Position numbers and translations under genes: made by a program
Notes under the pieces: model-generated
What the model saw: the letters and a program-made list of their open reading frames with translations, nothing else
What the model was told of the DNA's origin: nothing
Databases searched by the model: none
From: an uncultured Armatimonadetes bacterium
GTDB lineage: Bacteria; Armatimonadota; Hebobacteria; Hebobacterales; Hebobacteraceae
Reading direction: 5' to 3'
Length of the DNA: 64,000 nt
Assembly (NCBI GenBank): GCA_963716175.1
Contig: OY970296.1
Span: forward strand, 1,184,001-1,248,000
In this document: in pieces, positions 61,090 to 64,000 of the stretch
Position numbering within the stretch: the stretch's first letter is position 1
How the letters are laid out: the number at the start of each line of letters is the position of its first letter

Positions 61090-61886
61090 GTGTGCGACCC
61101 CAGCAGCCGCTTCGCCTCGGCCGGGGAGCTGTTCTCGTGCACCACCTTGCTGATGGCGCGCATGATGCCCTCCGGGTCGGCGTGCTGGAACGCATTGCGG
61201 CCGATGGAGGCTCCGGCAGCGCCGGCTTCGAGCGCGCCGGCCACCATCTGCAGTAGCTCCTCGTCCGTCTCCACCTTCTCTCCGCCCGCGATCACCACCG
61301 GCACGGGACAGCCCGCGACCACCTCGCGGAAGGTGTCGGGGGAGCCGGTGTAGTTCACCTTCACGATGTCCGCGCCCAGCTCGGCGCCCAGGCGCGCGGC
61401 GTGCTTCACGAACTTCACATCGAACTCGCTCTCGATCTTCTTGCCCCGGGTGTAGACCATCGCCAGCAGCGGCATGCCCCAGGTCATGCAGGTCTGGGAC
61501 ACCTCCCCGAAATGGCGCAGCATGTCGGCATCAGTGGAGGCGCCCAGGTTGACGTGGATCGAGACCGCGTCCGCGCCCAATCGGATCGCCTCCTCGACAG
61601 TGCAGACCGGCACTTTCGCATTCGGGTCCGGGCTCAGGCTGGTGCCGGCCGAGAGATGCACGATGAGACCGATATCTCGCCCGCCGCCCCGGTGCCCGGC
61701 CTGCACCATGCCCTTGTGCATGAGGATGGCATTGGCGCCGCCGTTGACGACCTTGGTGACCGTCTGCCGCATGTCCTCCAAGCCTGAGATGGGGCCGGCC
61801 GTGACCCCGTGGTCCATGGGAACGATCACGGTCCGCCCGGTCTCCCGGTTCATGATGCGTTCGAGCCGAATCTGCTTGCCGATCAT
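61086..61886 (-). CDS. 2-amino-3,7-dideoxy-D-threo-hept-6-ulosonate (ADH) synthase, class I aldolase
   Basis: [25 protein letters not shown] and SIGRN. Overlaps the DHQ synthase II gene. Confidence 0.9.
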   Translation of the reverse strand: MIGKQIRLERIMNRETGRTVIVPMDHGVTAGPISGLEDMRQTVTKVVNGGANAILMHKGMVQAGHRGGGRDIGLIVHLSAGTSLSPDPNAKVPVCTVEEAIRLGADAVSIHVNLGASTDADMLRHFGEVSQTCMTWGMPLLAMVYTRGKKIESEFDVKFVKHAARLGAELGADIVKVNYTGSPDTFREVVAGCPVPVVIAGGEKVETDEELLQMVAGALEAGAAGASIGRNAFQHADPEGIMRAISKVVHENSSPAEAKRLLGSHT

Positions 61887-61955
61887 AGCTCCCCTCCCTC
61901 GGTGCTTTTGGCGGATGGATTCGACGGCGGGCGGAAGATGCCTTGCGGAGAGAGC

Positions 61956-62579
61956 TTACTCGCGGTTACGCGCGACCGGCACGGAGGCCAGGTGCCGAGT
62001 GTCATTTCGCCGCAGCGCCCGAAACTCCGCGCCGTCACCCTCGAGTTCCCAGATGCCGGCCAGGCTGTGGCCCAGGTTCCGGCCCAGCGCGGGGCGCAGC
62101 TCGGGGCAGAGCAAAGAGAGGATGACGCCGTTGACCACGGCGTGGGCGACGATAGCGAGGCCGTGCCGGCAGGGCGCGGCGAGCAGCCGGTCAAGCGCGG
62201 GCTCGACGCGCTCGACCACATCAGCCAGGCTCTCGCCCTCCGGGCAATTCGCCGCCAGGTCCCCCGCGCCCCAGCAGGTGGTGACGCCCTCCCATTGCTG
62301 CCACTCCGCTGGCCCCCAGGCCGCCAGCGAGCCCATGTTGATCTCGGCCAGCGCGGGCTCGCGGACGAGGGGCACGCCCAGGGTCCGGGCCAGTGGGGTG
62401 GCCGTCTCCACCGCCCGCTGCATGGTGGAGCAGATGACGCGATCGAGCTTCTGCCCGCGCAGCGCCTGGGCGAGGCAGGCCGCCTGCTGGCGCCCGGTGG
62501 CATCGAGCGGCCGCTGCTCGTCCGGCGAGGCCGCCGAGAGCGGTTCGGGTTGGGCGTGGCGGATGATGAGAAGGCGCAT
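61956..62579 (-). CDS. Histidine phosphatase family protein
   Basis: IIRHAQ, STMQRAVETA, EGES and VAHA. Confidence 0.88.
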   Translation of the reverse strand: MRLLIIRHAQPEPLSAASPDEQRPLDATGRQQAACLAQALRGQKLDRVICSTMQRAVETATPLARTLGVPLVREPALAEINMGSLAAWGPAEWQQWEGVTTCWGAGDLAANCPEGESLADVVERVEPALDRLLAAPCRHGLAIVAHAVVNGVILSLLCPELRPALGRNLGHSLAGIWELEGDGAEFRALRRNDTRHLASVPVARNRE

Positions 62580-62614
62580 CTGGGCTTTCCGCTATCAGAG
62601 GCGACGCGGCGCCT

Positions 62615-63037
62615 TCAGCGGGGGCGGATCAGGTGCACACCCACGAACTCACCTGCCGCTGTCGCCAACTGCTGGTCACAAGTGTAGAGGTCACACCCCC
62701 GTGTCTCGGCAAGAGCAATGTAGGACGCGTCGTACACAGCGATTGCTCGCGACACCGACAACTCCCACACGCGGTCCGCCAGATCGGTGAATCCTGTGAC
62801 CACAATGCCCATGCCTAGCAACACAGCAAGCAATCCGCTTCCGAAGCCTGGGGTGACGCGGCCCTGCAAGACGGCCATCCTTAGCGCGTTCGCGACTTCG
62901 TACTCCCAGATGCTGGGTGCAAGCAGACCAATGCGTCGCTCCTGGTGTGCACGCAAGAGTTCGGCCTCAGGCCCCGCTTGCTCATCGGGCATAGCCCAGG
63001 CCACGGCCACGCACGCGTCAACAACCGCTACGGGCAC
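62615..63037 (-). CDS. PIN-domain (VapC-like) toxin
   Basis: VVDAC, EVANAL, YDASYIALA and TCD. Confidence 0.88.
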   Translation of the reverse strand: MPVAVVDACVAVAWAMPDEQAGPEAELLRAHQERRIGLLAPSIWEYEVANALRMAVLQGRVTPGFGSGLLAVLLGMGIVVTGFTDLADRVWELSVSRAIAVYDASYIALAETRGCDLYTCDQQLATAAGEFVGVHLIRPR

Positions 63038-63338
63038 CGCGCTCCTCCAGTTGCCGGCGGCTCTCCCGCACTAGCTCCACGGCGTCCACACGCACACCGC
63101 GCTTCCTGAATTCCTCGCGCAACTCCCACAGCTTGCGGATCGCTTCCTGCTGGGATGCCGTCAACTCCGGGAGGCCTTCTCCGCCGCGCCGCTGGACATC
63201 CTCCTCCCGCACTCGCCATTGCCTCCGCCCCACCCTGGACGCGGGCAGCAACCCTGCCTTGATCCAGCGCCGCACGGTCTGGGAGTTGACTTTGAGCCGC
63301 TGCGCCACTTCCCGGACCGTAAGCAATTCCCTTGCCAT
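63018..63338 (-). CDS. Excisionase-like HTH protein, probable antitoxin
   Basis: LLTVREVA...TVRRWIKAGLLPA...WRV plus a DAVELVRESR tail. Overlaps the PIN gene. Confidence 0.8.
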   Translation of the reverse strand: MARELLTVREVAQRLKVNSQTVRRWIKAGLLPASRVGRRQWRVREEDVQRRGGEGLPELTASQQEAIRKLWELREEFRKRGVRVDAVELVRESRRQLEERGARSGC

Positions 63339-63357
63339 TGCCGTCGCCTCTGATCGT

Positions 63358-63385
63358 ATGATACCACAAGAGATCACTAAGTCAA
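63358..63385 (-). promoter_or_regulatory. Promoter of the HTH-PIN module
   Basis: TTGACT-16 nt-TATCAT with extended TG. Confidence 0.6.
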
Positions 63386-63974
63386 GTTATGTCCCAAGTG
63401 GCTAGTGTCGTTCCGTCGCAGGACGCGAAATTCGGTCCCCTCGCCCTCCAGCTCCCAGACGCCCGTGTAGCTGTGCTTGATCCCTGCGCCGAAGCCGGGG
63501 CGCAACTCCGGGCACAGCAACCCGACTATGACGGTGTTCACGGCGGCGTGCGCGACGATAGCGAAACCATGCTCGCAGGGTTCTGCGAGCAGGCGACGGA
63601 CCACGGGCTCAACGCGGTTAGTCAGGTCGTTCAGGCTCTCCCCTTCGGGGAGGGGCGGCGGCGAGGTCGCCGCTGCGCCAGCGGTCGGTGATGCGTTCCC
63701 ACTCCGCCCTCCCGGCGGGCCCCCAGGTCCCCAACTCCCCGGTGCAAATATCCACCAGGTCTGGCTCAGTCAGCAGGCGCACCCCGAACGCCCGGGCGAG
63801 CGGAGTCGCGGTCTGGATCGCGCGCTTCAGGGTCGAGCTCACCACGCGGTCGAGCTTGAACGGCTTCACTGCCTGTGCCAGGCGCGCGGCCTGGGCACGG
63901 CCGGCCGCGAGCAGCGGCGGGTCAACGCCTGACTTCGGGTCGTGTTCGGCGTGGCGGATGATGAAGAGGCGCAT
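63377..63974 (-). CDS. Histidine phosphatase family protein (paralog of 61956-62579), frameshift near 63648
   Basis: IIRHAE and SSTLKRA. Removing one C gives PPEGESLNDL...VAHA...WELEG. Confidence 0.85.
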
Positions 63975-64000
63975 CTTCCGATCTCCATGGTCGAGTCTTC

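Noticed and set aside
2266-63974. Programmed ribosomal frameshifting in the split genes
   Set aside because: No slippery heptamers with stimulators are evident, shift directions are mixed, and the gene families are unrelated.

Overview
High-GC bacterial chromosome segment, most likely Armatimonadota. This is an inference from three prepilin-type DUF1559/H-X9-DG proteins. About 50 genes are supported: a DUF3800 (RNase H-like) gene, a DtxR-regulated feoB operon, methyltransferases, a secreted alpha-2-macroglobulin locus, a REP-associated tyrosine transposase (RAYT) with many GTAG-type REPs, two toxin-antitoxin pairs (MNT-HEPN and HTH-PIN), a hexuronate/gluconate catabolic cluster (uxaE, LarA-family, gnd, KdgK-like), a PreA/PreT-like fused oxidoreductase, an orphan ~1350-aa BREX-like ATPase, a stand-alone tuf and the archaeal-type ADH synthase/DHQ synthase II pair. 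Eight single-base frameshifts, mostly in homopolymers, suggest long-read assembly errors rather than pseudogenes. The best candidate for an undescribed system is the DUF3800 gene (CTG start) paired with a ~70-nt structured RNA that faces it and has its own promoter and U-tract. Other notable signals: REP GTAG feet supplying the TAG stop codon of eight genes, palindromic elements inserted in frame into proteins, and two promoter-uORF-terminator leaders. No tRNA, rRNA or CRISPR array was seen. All family calls come from motif recognition, not database searches.
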